DNA of 64,000 nt, from NCBI GenBank assembly GCA_965226495.1, contig OZ245365.1, forward strand, positions 96,001-160,000, read 5' to 3'. Below the pieces are notes generated by a model. That model was given only the letters and a program-made list of their open reading frames with translations, was not told the DNA's origin and did no database searches. Below, in pieces: positions 1-11,648 of this stretch. A program made the position numbers and the translations under genes. Numbering within the stretch: the first letter of the stretch is position 1; each line of letters starts with the position of its first letter. Source of the DNA: Candidatus Marinacidobacterales bacterium (GTDB lineage Bacteria; Acidobacteriota; Vicinamibacteria; Marinacidobacterales; DATDRI01).

Positions 1-942
1 GCGGACGAGGTAGCCTAGCCGTTGGTTGATGACGTTGATGCGGCGTCCCTTGTTGAATTTCGGCGAAAGGTCCTTCAGTTTTTCCGAGACGATGTCGCCG
101 ATGCCTCCCAGTTTCTTGTGACCGTATGGGTCCTTCTCTTCTTTGTCGTAAACCATCTCCGACCCATTGAAGGTGGCTCCTTCGGAGACGATCACGACGG
201 AGTATTTGCTGGGATTCGAATAACGGTCTGCCGTCAAGAGTTCACAGAGGCGCTCGATGTCGTATTGGTGCTCGGGGATTACACAGCGATTGGCGGCACC
301 GGCCATGGTGGGGATCAAAGACGTGAATCCCGCGTAGCGTCCAAAGACCTCGATCACGAGGAAGCGCTCGTGGCTTCCAGCCGTGGTTCGTAAGGCGTGA
401 GTCATCTCGATGGTGCGGGTCACGCACGTGCTGAAGCCAATGCAGTAGTCGGTTCCGGGAACGTCGTTGTCCATGGTTTTCGGAATCGCGATGATGCCGA
501 CGCCTTGTTGGTGGAGCCTCGCCGCGTAGGAGAGGGTGTCGTCTCCTCCGATAGGGATCAGCGTGTCGACGCCGAGCCAGTCGAGGTTGGCGAGGACCTC
601 GCCGGTGACATCGTTCATTTCATCTGTGTAGCGCTCTTTGAGGTGCTCCGGGACACTCGCGAGGGGCAGGTGGCTCGGGCGTGTCCGAGAGGAATGGAGG
701 AACGTACCGCCGGTGCGGCCCACCTTGTTGACGACTTCTTCGGTGAGCTCGATGACCTGCTCGTAGGAGGGCACCATGCTGTCGCGCACTAAATCAACGA
801 GCCCCGCCCATCCGCGGCGGATGCCGAGTACCCGGTAGCCTTCCCTAAGCGCCCGGATCGTCAAGGCTCGGATCGCGGGGTTCAGTCCGGGTACGTCGCC
901 GCCCCCAGTTAGAATGGCAATGGTGCCTTTTCGGTTACTCAT
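1..942 (-). CDS. pfkA: 6-phosphofructokinase family protein, probably PPi-dependent (3' end runs off the window)
   Basis: Not in the ORF track. Manual translation gives MSNRKGTIAILTGGGDVPGLNPAIR...GGTFLHSSRT...IPIGGDDTLS...AIPKTMDND. Confidence 0.92.
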   Translation of the reverse strand, partial: MSNRKGTIAILTGGGDVPGLNPAIRALTIRALREGYRVLGIRRGWAGLVDLVRDSMVPSYEQVIELTEEVVNKVGRTGGTFLHSSRTRPSHLPLASVPEHLKERYTDEMNDVTGEVLANLDWLGVDTLIPIGGDDTLSYAARLHQQGVGIIAIPKTMDNDVPGTDYCIGFSTCVTRTIEMTHALRTTAGSHERFLVIEVFGRYAGFTSLIPTMAGAANRCVIPEHQYDIERLCELLTADRYSNPSKYSVVIVSEGATFNGSEMVYDKEEKDPYGHKKLGGIGDIVSEKLKDLSPKFNKGRRINVINQRLGYLVR

Positions 943-1027
943 ATTTCGGTGGGTTTTGCGAGGGACATTCTATTCTAACCACCCAATTGGACTTTCGTCA
1001 ATAAGATGACTAAAATCAATAGTTTGT

Positions 1028-2731
1028 ATGAATAGAAGATTACAAGAGCGGAATCGAGAGCTGCTTCGGGGCGAGATCGGGACGGTCTTCAAGCCCCACG
1101 CGGGAAAGCTCCGCGTGGCGATCGGTTACCCCAACACCTACTACATCGGGATGTCGAACGTCGGTTTCCAGGCTGTTTATCGGTTCTGGAATGATGAGCC
1201 CAATGTGGTCTGCGAGCGCTTTTTTCTGCCCGACCATGGCGACGTCGACGGGCTCCGCAATAGAGGAGAGTCGCTCACCACCCTAGAGTCCGGGACCCCG
1301 GTGCGTGACTTCGATGTCGTGGCCTTCTCCATCACCTTCGAGCCGGACGAGCTGAACTTGATCTCGATGCTGGACTTGGCCCGCATTCCACCTCTGGCCG
1401 AGGAACGAGATGAGAGAGATCCCCTGGTTCTGGCCGGCGGCCCGGTGACATTCTTGAACCCGGAACCCTTGGCACCCTTTCTGGATTTGATCGCGGTGGG
1501 AGAGGCCGAAGCACTGCTTCGCCCCTTGACCGATGCGATGAGAACCGACATATCCCGGGCGGAGTTGTTCCGCCAACTGGAGGCTGTTGGAGGTTTCTAC
1601 GTGCCAAGCCACTTCGAGATCGGCTATCACTCCGACGGGACCATCGCGCACCGTCTGAACAAGGTGTCCGAGGACAACCGGGTGGTGCGCGCGAAGATGG
1701 GCAAGCGAGCCGATTTGCCGCCCCCGGCAACATACGTTCTAACTTCCGCGACGGAGATGTCGAAGAAATTTCTGGTCGAGGTTTCTCGGGGATGTCCGAC
1801 CCTGTGTCGGTTCTGCTGGGCGGGATACAACTACCTACCCAAGCGGTCTTTCGAGCTCGAAAAAATCTTAGAAGCCTCGCGACAAGCGAGGCATCACACG
1901 TCGGAGATCGGTCTGGTCTCGACCGCGGTCGGAGCTCACCGCGAGATCGTTCCTTTGGTGAACGGCCTCTTAGAAATGGGCTTTCGGGTCAGCGTCTCGT
2001 CGCTCCGATTCGAAGACTTGCGTCCGGAGCTCCTCGATCCGCTCGTGGGAAGCGGCGAGCGGACTCTTGCGGTAGCGCCGGAGGCCGGGACCGATCGGCT
2101 GCGTTTCGCCATCCACAAACGGATTCCCAACACCGAGATCCTGGAGAAGACCGACATGATCTTCTCGCGCGGCGTGGAGAACCTCAAGCTCTACTTGATG
2201 GTGGGACTCCCGGGCGAGCGTGAAGAAGACGTCGAGGGTATCGTCACTTTGGTCGAGTCCATTCGTAACCAGATGCTAGAGCATGGCCGTCGACGTGGCC
2301 GCCTGGGCAAGATCATCCCCAGCATCAACCCTTTTATTCCCAAGCCGGGGACACCCTTTCAGTGGTGCCCGATGGCTTCTCAAAAGGAATTGAATCGCAA
2401 GATGCGTTTCCTTCAGAAGTCGCTGGGGCGGATCCCTAACGTAGAGCCGCGCTGCAAATCCCCCCGACTCGAAAAGCTGCAGGCGATCTTGGCGCTCGGT
2501 GACCGCCGACTGGCTCCCGCCATGCTGCGAATGGCGAGAGGGGAAGCCGATTTGAGTCGCGCGCTCGCGCTCGAGGGGCTCGACTTGAGTTTCTACATTC
2601 ATCGAGAGCGTCCGCTGGACGAGATTCTGCCCTGGGATCACATCGATAACGGCATGAAGAGCGAGCTCCTCGAAACGCAGTACCGGAAGGCCGGGGTCGC
2701 TCATTCGATGACCACCAGCGCCACCGCGTAG
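1028..2731 (+). CDS. Radical SAM protein with N-terminal B12-binding-like domain (TIGR03960-like)
   Basis: CxxxCxxC motif (GCPTLCRFC), YPNTYYIGMSN N-terminus, APEAG and LPWDHID motifs. Confidence 0.85.
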   Translation: MNRRLQERNRELLRGEIGTVFKPHAGKLRVAIGYPNTYYIGMSNVGFQAVYRFWNDEPNVVCERFFLPDHGDVDGLRNRGESLTTLESGTPVRDFDVVAFSITFEPDELNLISMLDLARIPPLAEERDERDPLVLAGGPVTFLNPEPLAPFLDLIAVGEAEALLRPLTDAMRTDISRAELFRQLEAVGGFYVPSHFEIGYHSDGTIAHRLNKVSEDNRVVRAKMGKRADLPPPATYVLTSATEMSKKFLVEVSRGCPTLCRFCWAGYNYLPKRSFELEKILEASRQARHHTSEIGLVSTAVGAHREIVPLVNGLLEMGFRVSVSSLRFEDLRPELLDPLVGSGERTLAVAPEAGTDRLRFAIHKRIPNTEILEKTDMIFSRGVENLKLYLMVGLPGEREEDVEGIVTLVESIRNQMLEHGRRRGRLGKIIPSINPFIPKPGTPFQWCPMASQKELNRKMRFLQKSLGRIPNVEPRCKSPRLEKLQAILALGDRRLAPAMLRMARGEADLSRALALEGLDLSFYIHRERPLDEILPWDHIDNGMKSELLETQYRKAGVAHSMTTSATA

Positions 2732-3033
2732 TCTCCGCTGTGACTAATGCTGACGTGGCTTTTCGCGCCGGCGGTCGTTTTCTTTTTCGCCTCGCCATGG
2801 AGCTTCAAGGTAGGGGCTTGGCCGGGTTCGCGGGCGACTTCGACATCGCCGACCGCCTCGTCCCCGCCGAGGCCGAGCGCAAGGCAGGCGGCTCGCTTGG
2901 CCGCATAGCGGCCGGCTAGATGAGGGTGAGGGTTGCGGCGCTTCAAACAGTAGCGCCGCTCAGGCTCGGTGTAGACGGGGCTTTCGGGTGGAGGTGTTTC
3001 GTCGAGGGTTGCCAGGTAGAGCCCGATTCTCAT
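2701..3033 (-). CDS. AcpS-like phosphopantetheinyl transferase homologue with degenerate active site
   Basis: HLAGRYAAKRA and VSISHSGDYAVALVVIE motifs; ATG at 3033 follows a G-rich SD. Confidence 0.7.
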   Translation of the reverse strand: MRIGLYLATLDETPPPESPVYTEPERRYCLKRRNPHPHLAGRYAAKRAACLALGLGGDEAVGDVEVAREPGQAPTLKLHGEAKKKTTAGAKSHVSISHSGDYAVALVVIE

Positions 3034-3163
3034 CTTACTAGTTACCCCCCTCACCCGGCGTCTGGCTCCGTTGATAGCGGCACGACGTTTTTTGACGCCC
3101 GGAATTCCCCCAAGGGGGAGAGGGAATAAAGGACGGCAGCCAGCATCGATTAGCCTATAAGCA

Positions 3164-3931
3164 ATGAACGATCATTTCCAGCGACGCTCCATCGGAAGCG
3201 CAGAGCCGATCGATGTGGTGGTTTGCAAGCCCCTTGCCGACCGAGGCGTACCGCACGGATTCAGCTTGCGGTGGCGGAACGTGGGGAATGAGGAGCCATT
3301 CGGAGCTCGAGACCGTGGTGGTCAAGATCGAGCAGACCTTGCGCGCGCTCTGGGACTCGAGGCGGTGGCTCACATGCGTCAGGTGCACGGCTCGGTCGTC
3401 CAGGCGATCGATGAACCCCCACCCACTCTTCCGATCTGCGATGGGCTAGCCACGACGAGGAAGGGGCTCGCCCTGATCGTCCAGACCGCAGACTGCGTTC
3501 CGCTCGTCCTTTGGGACGAGGACAAAGGAGCGGTTGCCGCCGTCCACGCCGGTTGGAGGGGTGCGCTAGCGGGAGTCTCTCGCTCCGCGGCGGCGTTTCT
3601 AGTAAAGAGGTTCGGCTCGCGGGCAGAGTCGATCCACGTAGCGATGGGACCGTCCATTGGTGCCTGTTGCTATGAAGTCGGCGAGGAGGTAGTTCGGGCT
3701 TTCGACGAACATGTCTCTTACCCTAACGAACTCTTTTCATCCGGCCCACGCGGGAAGAGCCACTTGAATTTGATCGAGGCCAACTTCCGGCAGCTCGCCG
3801 AGCAGGGAGTTCCGCGAGAGCAGATCTATTCGAGCGGCATGTGCACGTCTTGCGACAATGGAGAACTCTATTCTTACCGCAAGGAGGGTAAGGGCGTGGG
3901 GAGATTGATGGGAGTCATCGGCGCCGGCTGA
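3164..3931 (+). CDS. pgeF: PgeF/YfiH family (laccase-domain, purine nucleoside phosphorylase-like) protein
   Basis: QVHG, TADCVP, HAGWRG, GPSIGACCYEVG and YSYR motifs. Confidence 0.9.
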   Translation: MNDHFQRRSIGSAEPIDVVVCKPLADRGVPHGFSLRWRNVGNEEPFGARDRGGQDRADLARALGLEAVAHMRQVHGSVVQAIDEPPPTLPICDGLATTRKGLALIVQTADCVPLVLWDEDKGAVAAVHAGWRGALAGVSRSAAAFLVKRFGSRAESIHVAMGPSIGACCYEVGEEVVRAFDEHVSYPNELFSSGPRGKSHLNLIEANFRQLAEQGVPREQIYSSGMCTSCDNGELYSYRKEGKGVGRLMGVIGAG

Positions 3932-3952
3932 GCCGGCCAGGACACTAGAGAA

Positions 3953-4711
3953 CTATGTGCTCTGCGTCGATTGATCCGATTGTGCCTCGCCGCCAGGGCC
4001 CGGGGGCGGGCCTAGGTAGTACATGATACGGCCGCAGCTGTCGCAGCTCAGGATCTCTTTCCCCACACGGATCTCGTTGTAGACCTGCGGCCGAAGTCGC
4101 ACATGGCAGACGTCACAATGCTCGTCCTTGGCCTCCGCCATGGCGATGCCGCTCCGCGCGTCCGATACCTTGCGATATTGCGCCAGGAGACCGGCGTCGA
4201 TCGTCGCCAGCAGTTTCTCTCGCTCGGAGGTCTCCGTTTCGAGCTCGGAGCGGAGGCGAGTCGCTTCTGTTTCTAGATCGGCCTCCATGGAGGTCATTTT
4301 TTTTTGTCCTTCTTCCAACTCTTTCTGGCGTAGCTTCAGCTGCTCTTGAAGTCGGTCGGCTTCGTCCATTCCAACGAGGATGTCCTCTTCCTTCTTGCCG
4401 ATTTCTTCCTCGCTATTCTCGATCTGCTTTTGCATCGCCTTGTACTCATCGTTGGTCTTTACTTGCATCAGCTGATCTTTGTACTTCGCGAGCGACGTTT
4501 CCATGTGTTCCAGCTCTCCCTCCATGGTACGCCGTTGTTTCTGCGACTCGCCCAGACGGTCCTCGGCAGCTTTGACGTTCGCTCGCTCGGTGGCAATTTC
4601 TTTTTCCAGCTCCTCCACCTCGACCGGAATGCGTGCGAGCCGGGTTTCGATAGCTCGTATCTGAAGGTCGAGCTTCTGTAGGGTGATTAAGTTCTCGAGC
4701 TCTGGAATCAT
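3953..4711 (-). CDS. Coiled-coil protein with C4 zinc ribbon (DUF164/CT398-like)
   Basis: LQKLD start, long coiled coil, CDVCH...CDSCGRI; located downstream of rpoD-tRNA. Confidence 0.85.
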   Translation of the reverse strand: MIPELENLITLQKLDLQIRAIETRLARIPVEVEELEKEIATERANVKAAEDRLGESQKQRRTMEGELEHMETSLAKYKDQLMQVKTNDEYKAMQKQIENSEEEIGKKEEDILVGMDEADRLQEQLKLRQKELEEGQKKMTSMEADLETEATRLRSELETETSEREKLLATIDAGLLAQYRKVSDARSGIAMAEAKDEHCDVCHVRLRPQVYNEIRVGKEILSCDSCGRIMYYLGPPPGPGGEAQSDQSTQST

Positions 4712-4724
4712 TGCACCACGAAAC

Positions 4725-4801
4725 TGGTGGGCCCACTAGGACTTGAACCTAGGACCAACCGGTTATGAGCCGGTGGCTCTAACCAACTGAGCTATGGGCC
4801 C
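4725..4801 (-). tRNA. tRNA with CAT anticodon, probably tRNA-Ile2 (lysidine)
   Basis: GGGCCCATAGCTCAGTTGGTTAGAGC-ACCGG-CTCATAA-CCGGT...GGTTCAAGTCC...GGGCCCACCA; paired 1:72 (not initiator); directly downstream of rpoD. Confidence 0.93.
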
Positions 4802-4821
4802 GTCCTCTTCAATAATACACT

Positions 4822-6551
<1,730 letters not shown>

Positions 6552-6555
<4 letters not shown>

Positions 6556-8351
6556 GTAAGCGTCTCCATACGCCCGGAGTTCTCAATCCTTCGTGCGAGG
6601 GATTGAATCTCGGCGGTAATGTTGTCGTCGTCGACCCCGTGGGCCAGTTTAGCCCGCAAGCGCGAAAGCTGCCGGCGCCATCTCTGCTCGCGAATACGAT
6701 TCATGCAATCGCGAGGACTCTGCCGAGGCCCCAAGGGGGACGGCTCCAAGGCGATTCGAGTCAGCATGTTTCGTTCGGTTTCCTCGTTGAGCCGATCGAG
6801 CACGCGCTCGGTTGAAAGGCTCTCCGAGACCACCACTTGTTTCATGGCCCTCAGAATAGATGCCGTTGCGAGCTCCTTGAGGTCTTCCTCTCCGAGCTCG
6901 TCGAGCAACGCCGGGGCATCTTCCGGCGACTGAAGCAACCATCTTATGAGGTCTCGCTCCGCTGGTCGTATTGAGCCGGCTGAGCTGGCCGATTCGGCGA
7001 ACCCAAGATTTGGGACATTTTGGGGATTCTGAGCGTTTCGGTCGGCGAAGCTTACGCGGTGGGCACGGGCCAATACCTGACGGCGTAGCTCCTCCACAAC
7101 GGTGGCGTCCGCGATCTCCGCCCGCTCCGCCAACCGGCTCACGTAGCCCACGCGTTCGACTTGGTTCGGGATGCGGGCCAAAGTAGGCAGCACTCCGTTG
7201 AGGAAGTCCACTTTGCCCCGCGGGGTCGCGATATCTGATTTCTTGGCGGAAAGCTCGATGAGATAGTCCATGAACGATCGAGCCCCGTCGACTCTTTGGC
7301 GATAGGCCACTCCACCTTCTTTCCGAATGAAGTCGTCGGGGTCCTGTCCGGGAGGAAGGCTCAATACGGAGACTTGGAACCCTTCCTCAAGCAACACGTC
7401 GATGCTGCGCGCCGCGGCGGCTTCTCCGGCTGCATCGGGATCGAAATTCACGACGATGCGGTCGGTGTAACGGCGAATGAGACGGGCGTGGCCCGACGTA
7501 AGACTGGTGCCGCAGCACGCGACGGCGTTCGTGACCCCCGCTTGGTAGGCCTGGATGCAATCCAGGTACCCTTCCATCAGAATAGCGGTTCCGATCTGCC
7601 GAATCCCAGTCTTGGCACTTTCGAACCCGTAAAGAACTCGGCTCTTGTTGTAAATAGGGCTCTCGGGTGAGTTCAGGTACTTCGGCTCACCGGGGCCGAG
7701 GAGTCTTCCCCCGAACGCCACGACTCTTCCTGTTTCATTGCGAATAGGGATGATGACGCGGTTGCGGAAACGGTCGTAGAACCCTCGGCCCTCACTACGT
7801 GGGGCGGCCAGGCCGGCGCGCGCCACCATCTCCGGCTTCGCACCTTTACTCGCGAGGTGCTCTAGCAGGGAAGACCATGCGTCGGCGGCGTACCCCAATC
7901 CGGCTTTCTCAATTGTCTCCCGGCTGAGACCCCGCCCTTCGAGATAAGAGAGGGCGCGAGGATTCTTCATCAGATGATTTTGGAAGAACCGTGCTGCCTC
8001 GTCATGAAGCTTGAGCAACAGGGTTCGATCTCGATTCTCTGGGCCCGCCTCGCGTTGGCTAGGGACGCTGATCCCTGCCCGCGAGGCGAGCTGAGTCACG
8101 GCTTCGGTAAAGGACATCTTGTCGTAGAGCATCAGGAACTTGAAGGCGTCCCCGCCTTGGCCACAGCCAAAGCAGTGGAAGATCTCCCGTTCCGGACTCA
8201 CGTTGAAGGAGGGCGTTTTCTCCGAGTGGAAGGGACAGAGACCCTTGAAGCTATTCCCTGCCTTTTTCAGCGGCACGTATTGTGAGACGAGATCGACGAT
8301 GTCGGTACTCGCCCGCACCTGCTCGATGAGATGGGATCCAAAAAGCGGCAC
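6552..8351 (-). CDS. dnaG: DNA primase
   Basis: [11 protein letters not shown] zinc finger, KYLNSPE, EGYLD TOPRIM, FDPDAAG; overlaps the rpoD start. Confidence 0.97.
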
Positions 8352-10768
8352 TAGCTCTTTAGCTCCACGACCGTCACCGCGCCGCTTCCTTCAGGTTGAT
8401 GGCTGGTCACCTGGGGGTGGGTCTCGAGCCATTTTCCGATCGCCTTCTTGAGACGTCCACGACCCAGCCCGTGAATCAGGCGCACCGTGCGATGCTCGCT
8501 AAGGAAGGCGTCATCCAGAAACTTGTCTGCCCGTGAGATGGCCTCGTCCACCGTGCACCCGATCACGTTGAGCTCGTGCGGCACATGCTTTGTTGCCGGT
8601 AACTGCATTCGGCCGGAGTACCCCCCCGGGGTCTCCGGCTGAATACCGATTGCCGCTTCCAGCTCGGTGACCGGGATGCGGAGTTTCTTGTCTCGCACCA
8701 TCACTTCGACTTCGTCACCTCCGAGGATCTCAACGACTCTGCCTGTCAATTGGAGGGACGAAATGGTTACCGTCTCCCCAACGTTGAGCTCGAGTGGCGC
8801 GGTGGCGCTCGGCGGCGCCTGGAATCGCGCCGCCACCATCTCCAGTCTTTCTCGAGCCTCGGCTTGAGCCTCGGCTCGAGCCTCGTTCCCCACTTGCTGT
8901 TGATGCAAGACACTCTGCTCGCGCGCTTCCTCCAGGATTTCCCGGATCTCTCGCCGCGCGTGCGCGATCTCTTCGCTCATTTCTTCGCGCATGCTCCTCG
9001 ACTGTTCATCTCGCGTTCGAACGAGTTCGTCTTCTAGCTCCTTGTGGCGCCGAACCGAAGCTTCCAAGGTATGGCGGTCTCGTGTCATCTTCTCGCTATC
9101 CCGGGCGAGCTTTCGACCTTCCTCTTCCAACCGCTCGAGCATGCCTTCGACCTGGCGCTCCTTTTGGTTTTGAAGCTCACGGGCGTGTTCAACGACTTCC
9201 TCGGGGAGTCCAAGGCGGCGAGCGATCTCGAAGGCCAGGCTCCGTCCTGTGGAATTCTCCACCAGGCGGTAAGTGGGCTCATACGTTTCGGGATTGAATT
9301 CAAAAGAAGCCGATCCCACGCCGGCTGTGGTCGTCGCGTAAGCTTTGAGCATGCCGTGATGTGTCGACGCGAGTACTAGAGCTCCCCTTCGCCGAAAGTG
9401 CTCGACCAAGGCGGTTCCCAAGGCTCCCCCTTCGCCGGGGTCGGTTCCCGTGCCGACCTCATCGAGGAGCACCAGGGAGGGATCTTCAATGTCTCTTTCC
9501 ATCTCCACGATGTTTCTGAGATGCGCCGAGAACGTGGAGAGGCTAGAACCGATCGACTGTTCGTCTCCGATGTCGGCGAAGATCTTTTTGAAGACGGGAA
9601 ACGAGCTTTCGGGATCCGCTGGAACGTGGAGCCCAGTTTGTGCCATCAGCGAAAGCAACCCCGCCGTCTTGAGCGCGACCGTCTTGCCGCCGGTATTGGG
9701 GCCGGTGAAGATGAGGGCACTCCGATCTGCATCGACTCGGAACGAAAGGGCGACCGCTTCCTTCTCCGGTGGTGGCAGTTCGAGCCGCTCGACGATCTTC
9801 TTGAGCAACAGTGGGTGGCGGGCTGAAACTAGGTGGAGAGTCTTTCCTTCGCCCACACGCGGTTCGGCTCCGGAGCAGGCCTCGGAGAGAAATGCTTTGG
9901 CTTGGATCAGGTCGAGCCGCGATACCACCTCGGTGGTTTGGGCGAGCTCGGATTTTTTGGACCGCGCAATCTCAGTCAACGAAAGCAAAATGCGTTCGAT
10001 CTCTTGTTGCTCATGTTCCTGTACCGAAACGATGTCGTTGTTGAGCTCTACCGTTGAGAGAGGCTCGATGAAGACCGTCGCGCCGCTGGCCGACGAGCCA
10101 TGAACGATGCCGACCAGCTGCCCCCTACACTCTGCTTTGACCGGAAGGACCGACCGGCCGTTTCGCACGGTAACGATCTGATCCTGGAGCATCTTATTGG
10201 AGTCCTTCTGTTTGAAGTAGGACTCGAGGATGTTTTCAATACGTCTGCGGAGCTTGAAGAGGCGCGCTCTCAGCCGGCGGAGCTCGGGGCTGGCGTCGTC
10301 TTTGACCTCGCCGCTTTCCGAGTCGATGGCTTGTTCGATCGGACTGCGGAGGTTGCGGAGATCGGGCAGCTGGCTGGCAAGCTCGAGCAGCCGGGGAAGT
10401 TTCGGCTGACAATCCTTGAGCTCCCGGCCAACCTGCTCGGCGATCTCGGCGAACTTGGCAAGCTCGAGAAGTGCAGAGGCGGTGAGTGATTGTTGCTCAA
10501 TCTCTAGAACGCCCAAATGTGGGCGGACGTCCGGGGTACCAGCGAGCGGGAGCCGCTTGCCTTGTTCCAGGAGTTGGCGGCCTTCGGTCGTGTCGCTGAG
10601 CCAATCCTTCACTTCGGAAACGTTCGACGAAGGCGCCAGCCGGCGGGTCGCCTCGGCGCCTACAGGAGTGGAGGTGAACCGCTCCAGGACAGTCTGTATC
10701 CGATTGAATTCTAGAGCTTTAGAGATACCGATGTTCATCAGGGCCGCTTTTGAGACGGGTAAGCACAA
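8351..10768 (-). CDS. mutS2: Endonuclease MutS2
   Basis: TGPNTGGKT Walker A, DIGDEQSI, STFSAH, DEVGTGTDP, C-terminal Smr domain (IHGLGRG). Confidence 0.95.
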   Translation of the reverse strand: MCLPVSKAALMNIGISKALEFNRIQTVLERFTSTPVGAEATRRLAPSSNVSEVKDWLSDTTEGRQLLEQGKRLPLAGTPDVRPHLGVLEIEQQSLTASALLELAKFAEIAEQVGRELKDCQPKLPRLLELASQLPDLRNLRSPIEQAIDSESGEVKDDASPELRRLRARLFKLRRRIENILESYFKQKDSNKMLQDQIVTVRNGRSVLPVKAECRGQLVGIVHGSSASGATVFIEPLSTVELNNDIVSVQEHEQQEIERILLSLTEIARSKKSELAQTTEVVSRLDLIQAKAFLSEACSGAEPRVGEGKTLHLVSARHPLLLKKIVERLELPPPEKEAVALSFRVDADRSALIFTGPNTGGKTVALKTAGLLSLMAQTGLHVPADPESSFPVFKKIFADIGDEQSIGSSLSTFSAHLRNIVEMERDIEDPSLVLLDEVGTGTDPGEGGALGTALVEHFRRRGALVLASTHHGMLKAYATTTAGVGSASFEFNPETYEPTYRLVENSTGRSLAFEIARRLGLPEEVVEHARELQNQKERQVEGMLERLEEEGRKLARDSEKMTRDRHTLEASVRRHKELEDELVRTRDEQSRSMREEMSEEIAHARREIREILEEAREQSVLHQQQVGNEARAEAQAEARERLEMVAARFQAPPSATAPLELNVGETVTISSLQLTGRVVEILGGDEVEVMVRDKKLRIPVTELEAAIGIQPETPGGYSGRMQLPATKHVPHELNVIGCTVDEAISRADKFLDDAFLSEHRTVRLIHGLGRGRLKKAIGKWLETHPQVTSHQPEGSGAVTVVELKS

Positions 10769-10879
10769 TCCACCATCTTAACACATCTGGGCGATGGCCC
10801 AGGAATTGCATTCAAAAAAGGGACAGCTACGCCCCTAAGCCTTTTCATTATTACAATTTAAGAACGAGAGGGCCAACTG

Positions 10880-11647
10880 TCAAGCTAAAGCCTGGGAGTT
10901 ATCTGAGGCATTGATAAGCCCGGCCAGATAGCCCGCTCCGAACCCATTGTCGATGTTGACGATCGCCACGCCGGACGAGCAACTGTTCAGCATCGCTAAG
11001 AGTGCCGAGAGTCCACCGAAGCTTGCGCCGTAGCCAATACTCGTGGGTACCGCAACCACGGGCACCGCCACCAACCCGGCGACTACGCTAGGGAGCGCTC
11101 CCTCCATCCCGGCCGCGACCACCACCACGGATGCCTTCGTCAGTAGCTCTTGGTGAGACGCTAGGCGGTGCAAGCCCGCCACGCCCACATCGAAGACCCG
11201 GTCCACCGTCGAGCCCATCAGCTCCGTGGTGAGGGCGGCCTCTTCGGCAATCGGTATGTCCGAGGTGCCCGCAGAGATGATCAGCACCATCCCCGGAACG
11301 CGATCCGGTGGGCGACGTTCGACGATGATAACGCCGGCCTGGGCATGCCAGCGGGCATCCGGCAGCTTCTGCCGAAGCTCCGCGTAGGCCGTTTCCGTCG
11401 TTTTCGTGACCAAGACATTCTGGTCGTTCTCGGCCAGTTTTGTGCCGATGGCGGTGATCTGCGCGGGGGTTTTTCCGGGTCCGTAGATGACCTCCGGAAA
11501 GCCGCGTCGCAGCGCGCGATGGTGGTCAATCTTGGCGAAGCCCAGATCCTCGAATGGGAGGTGGCGGAGCTTCTCGGACGCCTCCTCCACGGAGATCGAT
11601 TGCTGCGAGACCGCCTCGAGGATCTCTCGGATTCGCTCCAAATTCAT
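10880..11647 (-). CDS. larB: Nickel-pincer cofactor biosynthesis protein LarB (AIR-carboxylase-like)
   Basis: DHHRALRRGFPEVIYGPGK, AGTSDIP, DVGVAGLHRL, VVAAGMEGALPSV, NIDNGFGA. Confidence 0.9.
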   Translation of the reverse strand: MNLERIREILEAVSQQSISVEEASEKLRHLPFEDLGFAKIDHHRALRRGFPEVIYGPGKTPAQITAIGTKLAENDQNVLVTKTTETAYAELRQKLPDARWHAQAGVIIVERRPPDRVPGMVLIISAGTSDIPIAEEAALTTELMGSTVDRVFDVGVAGLHRLASHQELLTKASVVVVAAGMEGALPSVVAGLVAVPVVAVPTSIGYGASFGGLSALLAMLNSCSSGVAIVNIDNGFGAGYLAGLINASDNSQALA

Positions 11648-11648
11648 T

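Noticed and set aside
4725-4801. tRNA as integration site for an island
   Set aside because: No integrase and no duplicated tRNA 3' end seen; flanking genes are the conserved neighbours
10795-10810. sigma-54-like TGGCCC-AGGAA-TTGCA on the plus strand
   Set aside because: Points antisense into larB with no gene or terminator, and the AT-rich tract is downstream, not upstream; may be chance
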